A stretch of DNA of 63,449 bases, filler included, from Basidiobolus meristosporus CBS 931.73 (Eukaryota > Fungi > Basidiobolomycota), in NCBI GenBank assembly GCA_002104905.1. It is 3 parts of 3 records of this genome, joined end to end, with 100 filler letters (N's around TTAATTAATTAA, not from the genome) between each part and the next. Parts side by side here need not be neighbours in the genome. Positions count along the whole stretch, not along the records: positions 27,328 to 49,151 come from MCFE01000984.1; 2 more parts are not named here. One strand, given 5' to 3'. The position numbers and the translations under genes are program-made. Shown here one piece after another: positions 35,599 to 47,478 of the stretch. Each line of letters begins with the position of its first letter. Position 1 is the stretch's first letter. The notes under the pieces were generated by a model that saw nothing but the letters and a program-made list of their open reading frames with translations, made no database searches and was not told the origin of the DNA.

Positions 35599-37539
35599 AT
35601 GTCTAAAGCTGTCGGAATTGATTTGGGAACCACCTACTCCTGCGTTGGTGTCTGGCAAAACGATCGTGTAGAGATTATTGCCAACGACCAGGGTAACAGA
35701 ACCACTCCCTCCTATGTTGCTTTCACAGACTCTGAGCGCCTCATCGGTGATGCCGCCAAGAACCAAGTTGCCATGAACCCCACCAACAGTGTGTTCGATG
35801 CCAAGCGCCTCATTGGTCGTCGTTTCAACGACTCCGAGGTCCAATCTGATATGAAGCACTGGCCTTTCAAGATTGTCGAGAAGGACTCCAAGCCCTTGAT
35901 CCAAGTTGAGTACAAGGGTGAGAGCAAGACCTTCACTCCTGAGGAAATCTCCTCGATGATCTTGTTAAAGATGAGAGAGACCGCTGAGGCCTACCTCGGT
36001 GGTGAGGTGAAGAGCGCCGTGATCACCGTTCCTGCCTACTTCAACGACTCTCAGCGCCAAGCTACCAAGGATGCCGGAGCTATTGCTGGTATGAATGTCC
36101 TTCGTATCATCAACGAGCCTACCGCCGCTGCCATTGCCTACGGTCTTGACCAAAAGACCAGTGGTGAGAAGAATGTCCTCATTTTCGATCTCGGAGGAGG
36201 TACCTTCGATGTCTCCCTCTTGACCATTGAGGATGGTATCTTCGAAGTCAAGGCCACTGCTGGTGATACTCACTTGGGTGGTGAAGATTTCGATAACCGC
36301 CTTGTCAGCCACTTCGTCCAAGAGTTCAAGCGTAAGAACAAGAAGGACTTGTCCAGCAATGCTCGCGCCCTTCGTCGTCTCAGAACTGCATGTGAGCGTG
36401 CTAAGAGAACCCTTTCATCTGCTGCTCAAACCTCCATTGAGATTGACTCTTTGTTCGAGGGGATTGACTTCTACACCTCCTTGACTCGTGCCAGATTCGA
36501 GGAACTCTGCCAAGACTTGTTCCGTTCCACCATGGACCCTGTCGAGAAGGTTCTTCGTGACTCCAAAATTGACAAATCCAATGTCCACGAAATTGTGCTT
36601 GTTGGAGGATCCACCCGTATCCCCAAGATCCAGAAACTCGTTTCTGATTACTTCAACGGCAAGGAGCCCAACAAATCCATCAACCCTGATGAGGCTGTTG
36701 CCTACGGTGCCGCTGTCCAAGCGGCTATCTTATCTGGTGATACCTCTGAGAAGACCCAAGACTTGCTTTTGCTCGATGTTGCTCCTCTCTCCTTGGGTAT
36801 TGAGACAGCGGGAGGAGTGATGACTCCCTTGATCAAGAGAAACACTACCGTCCCTACTAAGAAGTCCGAGACCTTCTCTACCTATGCCGATAACCAGCCC
36901 GGAGTGTTGATTCAGGTCTTTGAAGGTGAGCGTGCCCGTACCAAGGACAACAATATCCTTGGCAAATTCGAGCTTACCGGTATCCCACCTGCTCCTCGTG
37001 GAGTTCCTCAAATCGAGGTTACCTTTGATGTTGATGCCAACGGTATCTTAAACGTGTCTGCTTTGGACAAGACTACTGGTCGCTCAAACAAGATCACCAT
37101 TACCAATGATAAGGGGCGTCTCTCCAAGGAGGATATCGAGCGCATGGTGTCTGAGGCCGAGAAGTACAAGGCTGAGGATGAAGCCGCTGCCTCTCGTATT
37201 TCTGCCAAGAACGGACTTGAGTCCTATGCCTATTCTCTCCGCAACACCATTCAAGACGAGAAGGTTGCAGGACAATTGGAGGTTGATGACAAGAAGAAGC
37301 TTGAGGAAGCCATCAACAGCACCATCAGCTGGTTGGATAACAGCCAAGAAGCTTCCAAGGAGGAATACGAAGACAAGCAAAAGGAGTTGGAAGGTGTTGC
37401 CAACCCCATCATGACCAAGATGTACCAAGCTGCTGGCGGTGCTCCAGGTGCTGCTCCAGGAGGGTTCCCTGGAGGTGCCGCCCCTGGTGGATTCCCTGGT
37501 GCCGATAGCGGTGAACCAACTGTTGAAGAGTTGGATTAA
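35599..37539 (+). CDS. hsp70: Cytosolic Hsp70, SSA-type, 646 aa, intronless
   Basis: [50 protein letters not shown] repeats, C-terminus EELD. Confidence 0.98.
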   Translation: MSKAVGIDLGTTYSCVGVWQNDRVEIIANDQGNRTTPSYVAFTDSERLIGDAAKNQVAMNPTNSVFDAKRLIGRRFNDSEVQSDMKHWPFKIVEKDSKPLIQVEYKGESKTFTPEEISSMILLKMRETAEAYLGGEVKSAVITVPAYFNDSQRQATKDAGAIAGMNVLRIINEPTAAAIAYGLDQKTSGEKNVLIFDLGGGTFDVSLLTIEDGIFEVKATAGDTHLGGEDFDNRLVSHFVQEFKRKNKKDLSSNARALRRLRTACERAKRTLSSAAQTSIEIDSLFEGIDFYTSLTRARFEELCQDLFRSTMDPVEKVLRDSKIDKSNVHEIVLVGGSTRIPKIQKLVSDYFNGKEPNKSINPDEAVAYGAAVQAAILSGDTSEKTQDLLLLDVAPLSLGIETAGGVMTPLIKRNTTVPTKKSETFSTYADNQPGVLIQVFEGERARTKDNNILGKFELTGIPPAPRGVPQIEVTFDVDANGILNVSALDKTTGRSNKITITNDKGRLSKEDIERMVSEAEKYKAEDEAAASRISAKNGLESYAYSLRNTIQDEKVAGQLEVDDKKKLEEAINSTISWLDNSQEASKEEYEDKQKELEGVANPIMTKMYQAAGGAPGAAPGGFPGGAAPGGFPGADSGEPTVEELD

Positions 37540-38150
37540 ATAGCGAATTGAGAGCACTATATTCATGTATTTAACAATGTACACTAATTATAAATCTGTG
37601 ATTATTTCATGTAGTCTTAGCCTTGCATCTTAGAATAAATGATTATTTTAAGAAAACGTTGAGATATTTTCGATGTATTATCAATGAATAGATCCGAGGA
37701 GTTCTATTTTAATACATATTAGTAGGTATGGGAAACGAATATTGCAACAAGACTTTCAAACTAGTAATGTGTTATCAAGCAAGAATCAAAGGCTAACCAT
37801 AATTTTGGGCGGGAAATATTTGGAGGCTGAGGTGCTCATGGGCTTGCAAAACTGCAAGTTTAACACCGCACCACTGATAGCCCTACTGAATTATTAGTGA
37901 AGTTCTACCAACCATGTTGATAATAGAGCTGAATGCCACTTAATATTAGAATGAAACTGGCCAAAGTAAGTCATGCCATACTAACAATAATCATTTAACA
38001 TCTATAATGTGACATATCAAGTACTGATTGTGATGTGCATTCTTATGCCCAAGTCCTTATTCCAAGTAAAACAAAGAAGTCAGTGTTAGCTCTGTAACCT
38101 ACCTATAAGAGTGTGAAGCTGGGGGGAGTTGGTATGTATATTAGAAACAG

Positions 38151-38303
38151 GTAGGATAAGTCACCAGGGTTGAAATATAGCTTAAGGAGAAAAGTGCAAA
38201 TACAGGTAGCTAAAATGCTATCAGCAGCATTAATGAGACAAATACTCTACTGACTAATGCCTATTACCAAGGATGAGTGTGCATAAGATATTGCTGCCAA
38301 AGG
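38151..38303 (-). pseudogene. Very old LINE 3' remnant with degenerate shared tail
   Basis: GGATAAGTCACCAGGGTTGAAAT resembles the tail motif. The minus strand reads LWQQYLMHT versus LWQQYLQQHT in the 42444 element. It ends at variant repeats GGGTGAGGGTCAGGGTT. Confidence 0.5.
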
Positions 38304-38610
38304 GTGAGGGTCAGGGTTCTGGTACTTTACTGGGAAACTTGCACATAAAGTGCAATCTTGAGATATGACAAAGTCATATGAATACAGCAACTAACACAAC
38401 AAGATAATCACTACTACTCTGCTTATAGCAGAGGTAAAAGAAATGGTAAAAGCTGTAATGGTAAAGTGGTGGACGCAAGAATTTCACAAAAACTTTCAAT
38501 GCTCCTATACAAGAAGTAGGCTAATAGTACTTAAGGGAAACTAAAAAGACTGAACTAAAGAGTCCTGTTCTTCATGATAAAGGAAGCAATGAAGGCTGCA
38601 GAAGCCCAAG

Positions 38611-40615
38611 TTAGGGAAGGAAAGTCACCAAGTTGGTGAAATCTTTATTTGAGTCAAGAAGTAATCTAAGCACAAAAAAAGAAGCCAATTAAGAAGACTA
38701 GGACCTCTCTAATATGTAATCTAAATTTTGTTTTGTTTCATCTCTAATGTTTGTTTCTATAAAGTAAAGCTCATCAGGGGTATATACAAAATGCAGGGGT
38801 TTTGGGGGAAGTAGAAATTGGAGATGTTTCTGATCAATATAATCTAAGAGAGGAACCCAGCCTGGGATTAGGTGTAATAGGAAAGGTGTGTGGACTTGTA
38901 AGTAGCTCTGCCACATAGATCTTAGATGGTCTTGTGCCAGTAGTCTTGGTTTCTCAGCTTTTTGAAGTTTTGAAGCAAACTCTGTTACTACAGCAGAGCC
39001 AACCAGGGTGTGTCAGCAGGAAAATTTCAGAGAGGAGTAAGATTTAAGCCATTGTTTGATGGAGGGGTTATGTGATCTCTGAAGTTTCACTAGGAAGGAA
39101 GCATGGAGATAGACCATTCAGATTTGGTATGGGTAGAGCCCAAAGGCTCCATTAGTTGCATGGATATAGGGAGATATTGGAAGATAAGTTACTAAGGATC
39201 TGATACACTGATGGAGAAATTTATCCAGGCAGGGAAGTTCTCTGGAGGTTAGAGGTATAATGTGGAGACCAAAGTACCAGCAGTACATACTGCTTTAGAA
39301 GTATAGGGATCTTTTGAATTGGAGTTTCTGGAGTGACTACTACCAGAAGCTTTTACAGAGCCTGTTGGGCAAGATGGATCCTACTATTCAGGTGGAGCTT
39401 TGAGTCAATCCCATGTTGACAAAATGGCAGACCTAGATATATTGCTGTTGGCTGTGGCACAATGCTAGTGTTCTGTATAGTTGTAGTGCACCCAATTGGG
39501 ACTGCCTTGGAAATTGAGAGTGAGAGGTTGTTGGCAGCCAAGTACTTCTCAATGATGGCAGTGTCTGTTATGGGATTAGGAGTAGCAATCTTGATATCAT
39601 CTGCATAGAGAGTTAGTAGTGGATAGGGAGAGTCTGGTGAGGGGCCTTCTGGAAATAAAGGAAAGCCATGCAGAAATATCACAAATTGTAAGGGACCCAG
39701 TACATATCCTTGGACTACTCCATTTGGAACCTCACAAGTCTCTGATGTGCAACTTGGATGCAAAATTTTGGCAGAGTTCTCACAAAATAGAGAACATACA
39801 AGTAGGGTCATTGGTAGTGTGGTAACTCCTAATAGCTTGCTCCAAAGCAGAGTTCTGTCAACAGAGTCAAAGGCTCAAGTAATGTCAAACAGAATGGTTG
39901 GCAATGAGATTGGAAGTGAATGATCATGGCTTAGCACTACATCCATATCCAAGGAGAGTTTGGGCAAGAAGCCAAACTGAGAAGAATGGAATGGATATAG
40001 TTGAGATTGCAAGGATCCTGCTATAATAAGCTCAGGATATTCCGGCAGGTTGGTAGGAGTGAAACTGGCCAGTAAGAGCCTGGGAGTGAGTGTTTCCCTT
40101 TCCCTTGGTATAAGGGGATTACATTGGCCTGTGACCAGGCCTTTGGGGTAGTCAAGTGTTGGGCACAGATAGAGTAGAATGGGAGAAGTAAGTGACTCAT
40201 TTTGGAGTAGCACACCCTGAGTAGATCATAGGTAATCAAGTCATGTCCAGGTGCAGTATTTGCAGGAAGCTTCTTTAAAATTTTCTCCAGAAGCTTGGCT
40301 GGAATCAGAATTGGAGATGTTGGACTGTTGGATATGTTACCAGTATGGTAGAAAGGAGGAGTGGGATGCATGGATGAATCAATGAATATAGGGGCCAGTT
40401 TGTCTGGTAATGGTATACTCTTTGCTTGGGGCCTCATGGCAGTGTATACTCTTGATATGGACCTTGTGGTGGCATTCATATTTACTAAGGGCAAGGTATC
40501 CATGATATGAGCCCATAATCTAGTATGCTCAGTGATCTGTAGTGACTTGGAGTAGGAGATTGCGCTTTCAAGGAGGTTATGTGTTTATAGGTTAGGGAAA
40601 CATAGGTAGCTGGAT
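38611..40615 (-). mobile_element. Telomeric LINE family A, copy 1 (5'-truncated, decayed ORF2)
   Basis: RT motifs APGHDLI, YWPVSLL, QFGFLP, GVVQG, YADD in broken frames. 3' tail motif at 38611. Confidence 0.88.
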
Positions 40616-40949
40616 TTAGGGGAGGGAAAGTCACCAAGGTAGGTGAGATCTTTATTGGATTTCAGACAAGTCTTACTTAAAATAAAGAAGCCAGCTGGGA
40701 ATAGAAGATTCCCAAAGTAAACACTAAGATGAACATGAATAAATCTAAGCTAAAGTTAAGGCAGTATCCCAGAGTACACTGGAGTTCAGGTTCATGGGCA
40801 AGTGAAGTAGATAAGCTTGAGAGATATAATAATCTTTTAAGAAATGGGTAACAGCAGGTGAAGGGGAGTTTTTGATAAGTGAAGTGAATCTTGAGAGCAG
40901 AGATTCCACTAATGAGAAGGTCTTGTAAACTAGAAAATCAGGAAACTCC
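40616..40949 (-). mobile_element. ORF1-only element (family B), copy 1, 5'-truncated
   Basis: Near-identical to 47479-47810. The ORF ends LWDTALTLA*, and the tail motif is at 40616. Confidence 0.8.
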
Positions 40950-42443
40950 CATATGAAAAATAATTTGGTCCTGTGGGTGGATCCAATCCGGATCATCCGT
41001 CAAGATCCCGTTCAGAGACCATCATAATAACAGCAGCTTGGAATTAGTGACCCTCCTGATGATCTTACAACAAGATCATGATGGTGTTTTGCAAATTTTA
41101 TAGCCAAATAAAGGGATAAAACTTGACAATTTTTGATTGGTGCTGTGACAATATTTGCATGTTATTGTTGCGGTCTTTCAGCACTCTATTACTATTTTGA
41201 GTGGATCCAGTTGGCCAGGACTTCCAATTGCCTTATATGGCAAGAAACTTGACGGTATTTTGATGGCCTCACAGCAAGACTCTGATGGCTTTTTTTTGGC
41301 AGTATGACGGCCTGCTGCTGGTTATGTATAATGCTACCATACCAATTTACCAAATGGTATTTCCCTTTTCTACCTCCCCTTGTGCAATTCAAATATTCTA
41401 CTGTAGAATCACCTTTCTTTATTTGCTTACCCACTACTACCTTGGGTATTCCACATATAGTTCAAATAAAAAAAATCTATGGCCTTCTGCTTACTAAACT
41501 CTACAAACATGCACACCTGCCACAATTGACATACTTCTATCACCTCAACTTTTTGGCTTTTTAGTGTGATACTTGCAAAGTTGCCATATACCTTGTACTG
41601 CTGGTAGCATATACATCTTGCAAACATATGCTTGGTTGTTGCCACTTCTGCCATGAATACTTCCTGAATATTGGCAAAGAACTTCTTGGTATTTAGCCAA
41701 TATATTCCTTCTCCCTGCTGGATTCTAGTCCCCCTTATAGGTGCGCTCTGGCTTTTGTTTATGTAAATTCCGTATTGAATGGTGTAGAAGTTGGCTTGTG
41801 ACCACAAGAAGTCCGGCATATCTTGGTGGAGTTTTCCTGATAAAAATTAGTTGCTTGTTGCACCCAACCCAACTTTGCATTACTTAACTGATTACCCACG
41901 CATTGGGGCTGCTTAGCTTCTTAATGCCATAGGCATAGGTGTCTCCATGTGCACATTTGTCCTCAGTATTTTCCAACTCTTTCTGGCTGTCCTCCATGTG
42001 CCAACTCATCACATCCATGACGGACTTGAAGGTAATATTCTTGATGAGATTGGGATATGGTAGTACCTGCAACTTGACTTGTCTTCCTATCTCCCCACAC
42101 ATCTGCTCCATAGGAAACTCCCAAAAGGTGAAGCAAGGCCCAATATTCTCCACACACCATGTAAGATGGAGTAGAGAATGGATACAGTAGCGGCAGAGAT
42201 CTACACGTTCAGCTTTATGTTTGTAGTATAGCCGCTCAAATCCCGTCACATACTCCTCACACAACAGCTGTAGATGCGTCAAGTTGGCATTGGTGGTCCA
42301 CTTCTGGATAAATATTCCTACAATGCCCACATATGACTCCCAATGCTTCCAATGTACTCTTGGTAGGAATGGCTTCAGAACACCACTTGAATAAATACAT
42401 ATCCAGTTCATCCAGTCTTTGCATTTGTATTGTTGCATATGCG
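40946..42443 (-). pseudogene. CACTA/EnSpm-type (Plavaka-like) transposase remnant, 5' part missing
   Basis: KCKDWMNW, IHSLLHL and GPCFTFWEFPMEQMCG match the H-L-H...GP...W-FPMER motif of En/Spm-type DDE transposases. Cut at 42443 by a LINE tail. Confidence 0.72.
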
Positions 42444-42514
42444 TAGGGTTAGTTAGGGGGAGACAGTCACCAACAGGTGAAATCTTTATTTCAGCTGAAA
42501 CAAAGAAGCCAGCG

Positions 42515-45282
42515 CTACTGTTGTAGCTTTGATACAAGAGTGTGTAGCTGAGGGGAACTAGTAGGTAAGCTAATAAGAAGTGATGATAGTTCTTCAGTGC
42601 TCAAGACACTGTTCAGTGGGAAGGGGGGTAGCAAGAGAGGTAAGAATGACTTGTGAACAACATTAATGAGGGGAATGTGATAAGGATTGATATTCATCAT
42701 AAAGGGAGTGTGCTGCTGCAGATATTGCTGCCAAAGGTCTGTCAAGTACTTCAGTTAGGCCAGCTTGGGTTTTTCTGACTGCAGAATAAATTCAGCAAAC
42801 TTCTTGACTTCAGGATCTCCAAGTATAGTTCTCCAGCAGGAGTCAGGTGTAGTGTGGTGTGTTCTCTTCCAGGCCTTAATCAGTGGGTTGTTGCAGTTGT
42901 GAAGTCTGAGGTATAATCTGGTTCTAAGGTAGAGAAGTCTGATCTTATAGGGCATAAACCCAAAAGCACCAAGAATAGCATGTCTGTAGGGGCATTCAGG
43001 TAAATGAGGCACCAAGGAGGTAATGCACCATACTGCAAACTTGTCAAGCTTAGTGCAGTCTCTAGAAGTAAGAGAGAGAAGTGGTAAGCCAAATTCCAGG
43101 ACAGGGAAGACAAACTGCTTGAGTAGAAGGAGGCAGCTGGGAGCTGAAGTTGTAGGAGGAGTAACAGCCAGTAGCTTGTGGAGTGCCTGTCTTGCCAGGA
43201 TAATTCTCTTCTTCAGGTGTGCTCCAGAGTCTAGTCCAGTAGGAAGGAAAGGAAAGCCAAGATATGTAGCAGAAACCTGAGCAGGTAGAGTGGAGTTCTC
43301 CAAGTTGATGGGAGAGCCCAAAGGTACTGTCTTTGCAATGGAAAGCTGGAGATTATTCTTCTGCAGATACTGGTGGATGGTCTGGGAGTCTTGTTGCACA
43401 TTGGAGGAGGAAATTCTGATGTCATCAGCAAAGAGAGTAACCAGGCAGTCAGCTGAGAGTCTTGGGAAATCATTCAGGAAGATGGCAAACAGTATAGGAC
43501 CAAGCACAGAGCCTTGAACCACTCCATTAGGAACTGAGAACACAGCTGATTGCTCACTTGGGTGCAGAATTCTTGCTTGTGGATCCAGAAACAGAGACCT
43601 GACAAGGAGGGTGAGAGAGGTACTGGAGAAGCATTGCAACTTGGACCAAAGCAGATTTCTGTCAACTGAATCAAAGGCCTTAGTAATATCAAACAGAACA
43701 GAGGGATACTTGCACTGGAGAGAGTGATCTTGGCTAAGTATGACTGCATATTCCAAGGAGAGGCCAGGAACAAAGCCAAACTGTGCAGGATGAAACTGAG
43801 GGAGTCAGAGTAGAGCTCCTGAGCAAGCAGAAGCTCAAACACCTTTCTGCAGGTGGGCAGCAGAGATATTGGCCTGTAGGAGCTAGGATCCAGGTGCTTT
43901 CCTTTACCCTTGTACAGTGGCAGAACATTTGCAAAGGACCATTCCTCAGGAGTAGAAAGCTGGGCTGAGCATTGCTGAAACAGTGGAAGCAGAAGTGCAG
44001 ACATGGCCTTGGTACTAGTCTTCAGAAGCTCATAGGAGATTGTGTCCACACCTGGAGCAGTAGAGTTGGGAAGCCTCTTGAGCACATTATGGATTCTCCT
44101 TTGATCAAGTGCAAGTGGGATGGGCAGAGTCTTGAAGTCAGGATGAAAGCCAGGAGTTGAGTACTGCTTTGTAGAGAAGAAGATGTTAGCCAGTTGTTCT
44201 GTTGAAGGTAACTTCTTGGAAGAGGGCCTCATTGCCCTGTAGAGTCTTGATACTGTTCTTGTTATAGAGTTGGAAGATTGCAGAGGCAAAGAACTCATAA
44301 TATGATCCCAGAGCTGAGTATGCAGAGTGTGGTGAATTGCCTTGGAGTGGTGTATTGCTGTCAGGAGGAGTTTCTCTGTTTTTGGGTTAGGGAAACTCAG
44401 GTAGCTTTGTTGCAGGGCTGAAACAATGGATTCCCATTTTCTTGAGGTAACAGCAGTAGTCTTGCATGGCAGTGAGAGGGAGGCAGACACCAGAATCAGA
44501 TGCTTCACAAAGAGCCAGGCATAGTTGAGATCATCTGGCAGAGAAAGTAGCAAACTGGCAAGCTTCAAGTAGTTCCCAAAGTCTTTCTTCTGATTCTTGG
44601 TAGCTTTGTGGGTAAGCACAGTAAGTTTTGGCAGCTTCCTTATCACAACTGGTTGCATAGAAAGGGACCAGGCTGGGTGGTCAGAGGCTCTCAAGGATCC
44701 TAGCTCAGCTCCAGAGAATTACTTAACTTCATTCACAAAGTAGAGGGCAGCAGCAGAAGGGCAGATCCAGTCAACACATCTTTTCTCAGATTGAGCACCT
44801 AGTGCTAGCAGGTGGCTTTCTCTCAGGAAGTTCAGTAGGAATGTAGACCTTGGCTTCATTCTTGCAGTCAGAGTAGTCTTGTTCTCAGGATGGGGAATGT
44901 TGAGATCTCCAAGCAAGATAACAGGTGTTGATATAGATTGTTGGTATTGCTGAACCTTCTGGCATATAACTTGCACTTCCTGAAGGGCAAGACTTGGAGG
45001 CAGATAGCAGAGCACCAGACTGATAGTTGTCAACTGGAGAGCAGCACAGTAAGGGGAGTAAAGAGGAACACAGAGCTGAGGAGTATTGATGGTAGAAGAG
45101 ATGAAGCAGATAGAGGAGGTATTCTTTGTTCTAGGAGTAGAAAAGCAATATAGATTAGTCAAAAGTATAGAGGGTAGCTGAACATCAATCAAACACAGGA
45201 GGGAAAATCTTGAAAGAAGTCTCTCTAGAGTTGTTCTTGATGGCTGTATGCTGTTGCAGTTAAGCAACAGAACTTCAGGTAG
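42515..45282 (-). pseudogene. LINE ORF2: APE endonuclease + reverse transcriptase (~920 aa)
   Basis: APE motifs LNCN, YLPP, GDLN, VDWI, SDH. RT motifs APGVD, YRPISLL, QFGF, DITKAFDSV, GVVQGSVLGP, FADD. In-frame TAA at 44719 and 42755, and one frameshift near 43805. Confidence 0.9.
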
Positions 45283-46257
45283 TCAGGCAGAGTTTGTAGC
45301 TTCTTCAGAGGCAGCATTGATAATGTGACCTGCAGAGTCCCAGAGCTCTTCAAATGGTGCATCACTTAAGTCAGCAAGGAGGGAAATGGCATGATTCTTG
45401 AGGAAGTATGCCACATCATAGGAGGGGGCTTGTCTCTTGATGGCAGCAAAGAAAGACAGAATGGCAACATGGGCTGGAGGCTTGTTGAACAGTAGAGAGT
45501 CAGAGGATTCAGATTCTTCAGGCACTATCTTGAAGTCAGTTTTCAGCCAGTTAAGGTTCTTCTCCACAAAGGCAACAAATGGGTCAGCAATGTTTTGGTC
45601 TAGGATAACCTCCAGAATCTTCCCTTTTCTCCAGGCCAGGTTGACAATTCTTGAGAGCTGAATATTGCATGCCTTGAGTGCTTTCCTGATGTTGGAAATG
45701 GGAGTCCAGGGAACTTGCTTCAAGTACACCACAGTCCAGGTAGAAGCTGGTGGTAGGTTTGCTGGGGGCTTGTAAGTCCTTCTGTGTTGCAATGGAGCTG
45801 CAGTAGTCAGATTGGAGTCCACATTCTCAGTAGAAGGTTTTCTTGATGTGTCTTGCGGAATAGTACTGGAGCTGGATGTGCTGATAATTCTTGCTAGAAC
45901 CTTGCCTGCATAAGTCTGAGGTATAGCTGAGGTGACTGTAGAGGTGGTGGCAGCTGGTGCAGGTGGAGAGGCAGAGACTGAAGCAGGAACTGAGGTCACT
46001 TGGGAGAAGGCAGTGGAAGCAGGTTTTCTAGGAGGAACAGAGTTCACTATCCAGTTGTTCTGTAAAACACTGGAGTAGCTTTTCTGTGGAACAGGATCTT
46101 GCTCTTGAACAGGAACAGAAGCAGGAGGCTGGGGCTGAGCAGTAGTGGTAAGGCAGTGGCACTCCAAGGAAGCTTTTTGCAAGGCATCTCTGGCAGTTTT
46201 CAGGGCAGTATTGGCTTCATTCTTGAGCTTCTTGCATTGGGCATCCAGTCTCTTGTT
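45283..46257 (-). CDS. LINE ORF1 protein (5'-truncated)
   Basis: The frame is open to the junction at 46257. Coiled-coil-like N-part (KRLDAQCKKLKNEANTALKTARDAL), S/T/P-rich linker, globular C-domain homologous to the family B ORF. No CCHC seen. Confidence 0.7.
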   Translation of the reverse strand, partial: NKRLDAQCKKLKNEANTALKTARDALQKASLECHCLTTTAQPQPPASVPVQEQDPVPQKSYSSVLQNNWIVNSVPPRKPASTAFSQVTSVPASVSASPPAPAATTSTVTSAIPQTYAGKVLARIISTSSSSTIPQDTSRKPSTENVDSNLTTAAPLQHRRTYKPPANLPPASTWTVVYLKQVPWTPISNIRKALKACNIQLSRIVNLAWRKGKILEVILDQNIADPFVAFVEKNLNWLKTDFKIVPEESESSDSLLFNKPPAHVAILSFFAAIKRQAPSYDVAYFLKNHAISLLADLSDAPFEELWDSAGHIINAASEEATNSA

Positions 46258-46972
46258 TTAGGGGAGGGAAAGTCACCAAGTTGGTGAAATCTTTATTTGA
46301 GTTAAGAACTAATCTAGGTACAAATAAAGAAGCCAATTAAGAGGTCTAGAACCTCTCTAATAAGTAATCTAATTTATGTTTTGTTTCATCTCTAATGTTT
46401 GTTTCAATAAAGTAAAGCTCATCAGGGGTAAATATAAAATTCAGGGGTTTTGGGGGAAGTACAAATTGTAGATGTTTCTGATCAATATAATCCAAGACTG
46501 GAACCCAGCCTGGGATTAGGTGTAGTAGGAAAGGTGTGTGGACTTGTAAGTAGCTCTGCCACATAGATCTTAGATGGTCCTGAGCCAGTAGTCTTGGTTT
46601 TTCAGCTTTTTGAAGTTTTGAAGCAAGCTCTGTTACTACAGCAGAGCCAACCAGGGTGTGCCAGCAAGAAGATTTCAGGGAGGAGTTAGATTGAAGCCAT
46701 TGTTTGATGGAGGGGTTATGTGATTTCTGAAGTTTGACTAGGAAGGAAGCACGGAGATAGACCATTCGGATTTGGTATGGGTAGAAGCCAAAGGCTCCAT
46801 TAGTTGCATGGATATAGGGAGATACTGGAAGATAAGGTACCAAGGATCTGATACACTGATGGAGAAATTTATCCAGGCGGTGAAGTTCTCTGGAGGTTAG
46901 GGGTATAATGTGGAGACCAAATTCAAGTACCGGCAGTACATACTGCTTCAGAAGTATAGGGATCTTTTGAAT
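46258..46972 (-). mobile_element. Telomeric LINE family A, copy 2 (short, 5'-truncated, ORF2 end open)
   Basis: About 90% similar to 38611-39330. ORF 46346-46843. Tail motif at 46258. Confidence 0.88.
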
Positions 46973-47478
46973 TTAGGGTTAGGGGGGAGGAAAGTCACCA
47001 AGTGGTGAAATCTTTATTTACTTATGACAAGTATCTAAAGAAGCCAAGTTAATCTGAAGTTATTCCTAGAAAGCTAAGTCTGAGAGATATCTTCCTGGTA
47101 AGCCAGGTCTGAGAGTTGAGAAGCTGAGTGGTACTATATTTCCTAGTTAGCTAGGTCTGAGAAGTCAGAATCTGAATATATCTGAGCTAAGTTATACTGG
47201 TTTGCGGTAGCTGAATTGTGGCCGGAATGGCCAGTAGACTGGTGGAACTGAGATGAATTTCTGGGCGATCACTGGCCAAATTTACTAGGCAAATCTGGCC
47301 AATTGGCATTTCAAGGATATCAGCCAATCAGATCCTTTACTTTGCCCGATGGTTGATCAAGCCATCTCCCAATGAGCACACACCAATTTATTGATCAAAT
47401 TTTGCTGGATCCAGGATTTGAACCCACTACCATGGGTATGGAAGGGTTAGGGATAACCACAAGGCTAAGTGTTCTTGG
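46973..47478 (-). mobile_element. tRNA-derived SINE (family D), full-length copy 1
   Basis: A-box TAGCCTTGTGG (47457-47467) and B-box GGTTCAAATCC (47414-47424) at tRNA spacing, non-coding body with AGCYAGGTCTGAGA repeats, shared 3' tail at 46973. Confidence 0.72.

Larger units (their letters stand above)
42444..46257 (-). mobile_element. Telomeric LINE family C, near-complete (ORF1 + APE-RT ORF2), 5'-truncated
   Basis: Tail motif at 42444, ORF2 42515-45282, ORF1 45283-46257. Confidence 0.92.

Noticed and set aside
41884-42537. 217-aa ORF as a single gene
   Set aside because: Chimeric frame: the first ~30 codons read through the LINE tail, and the rest is transposase remnant.
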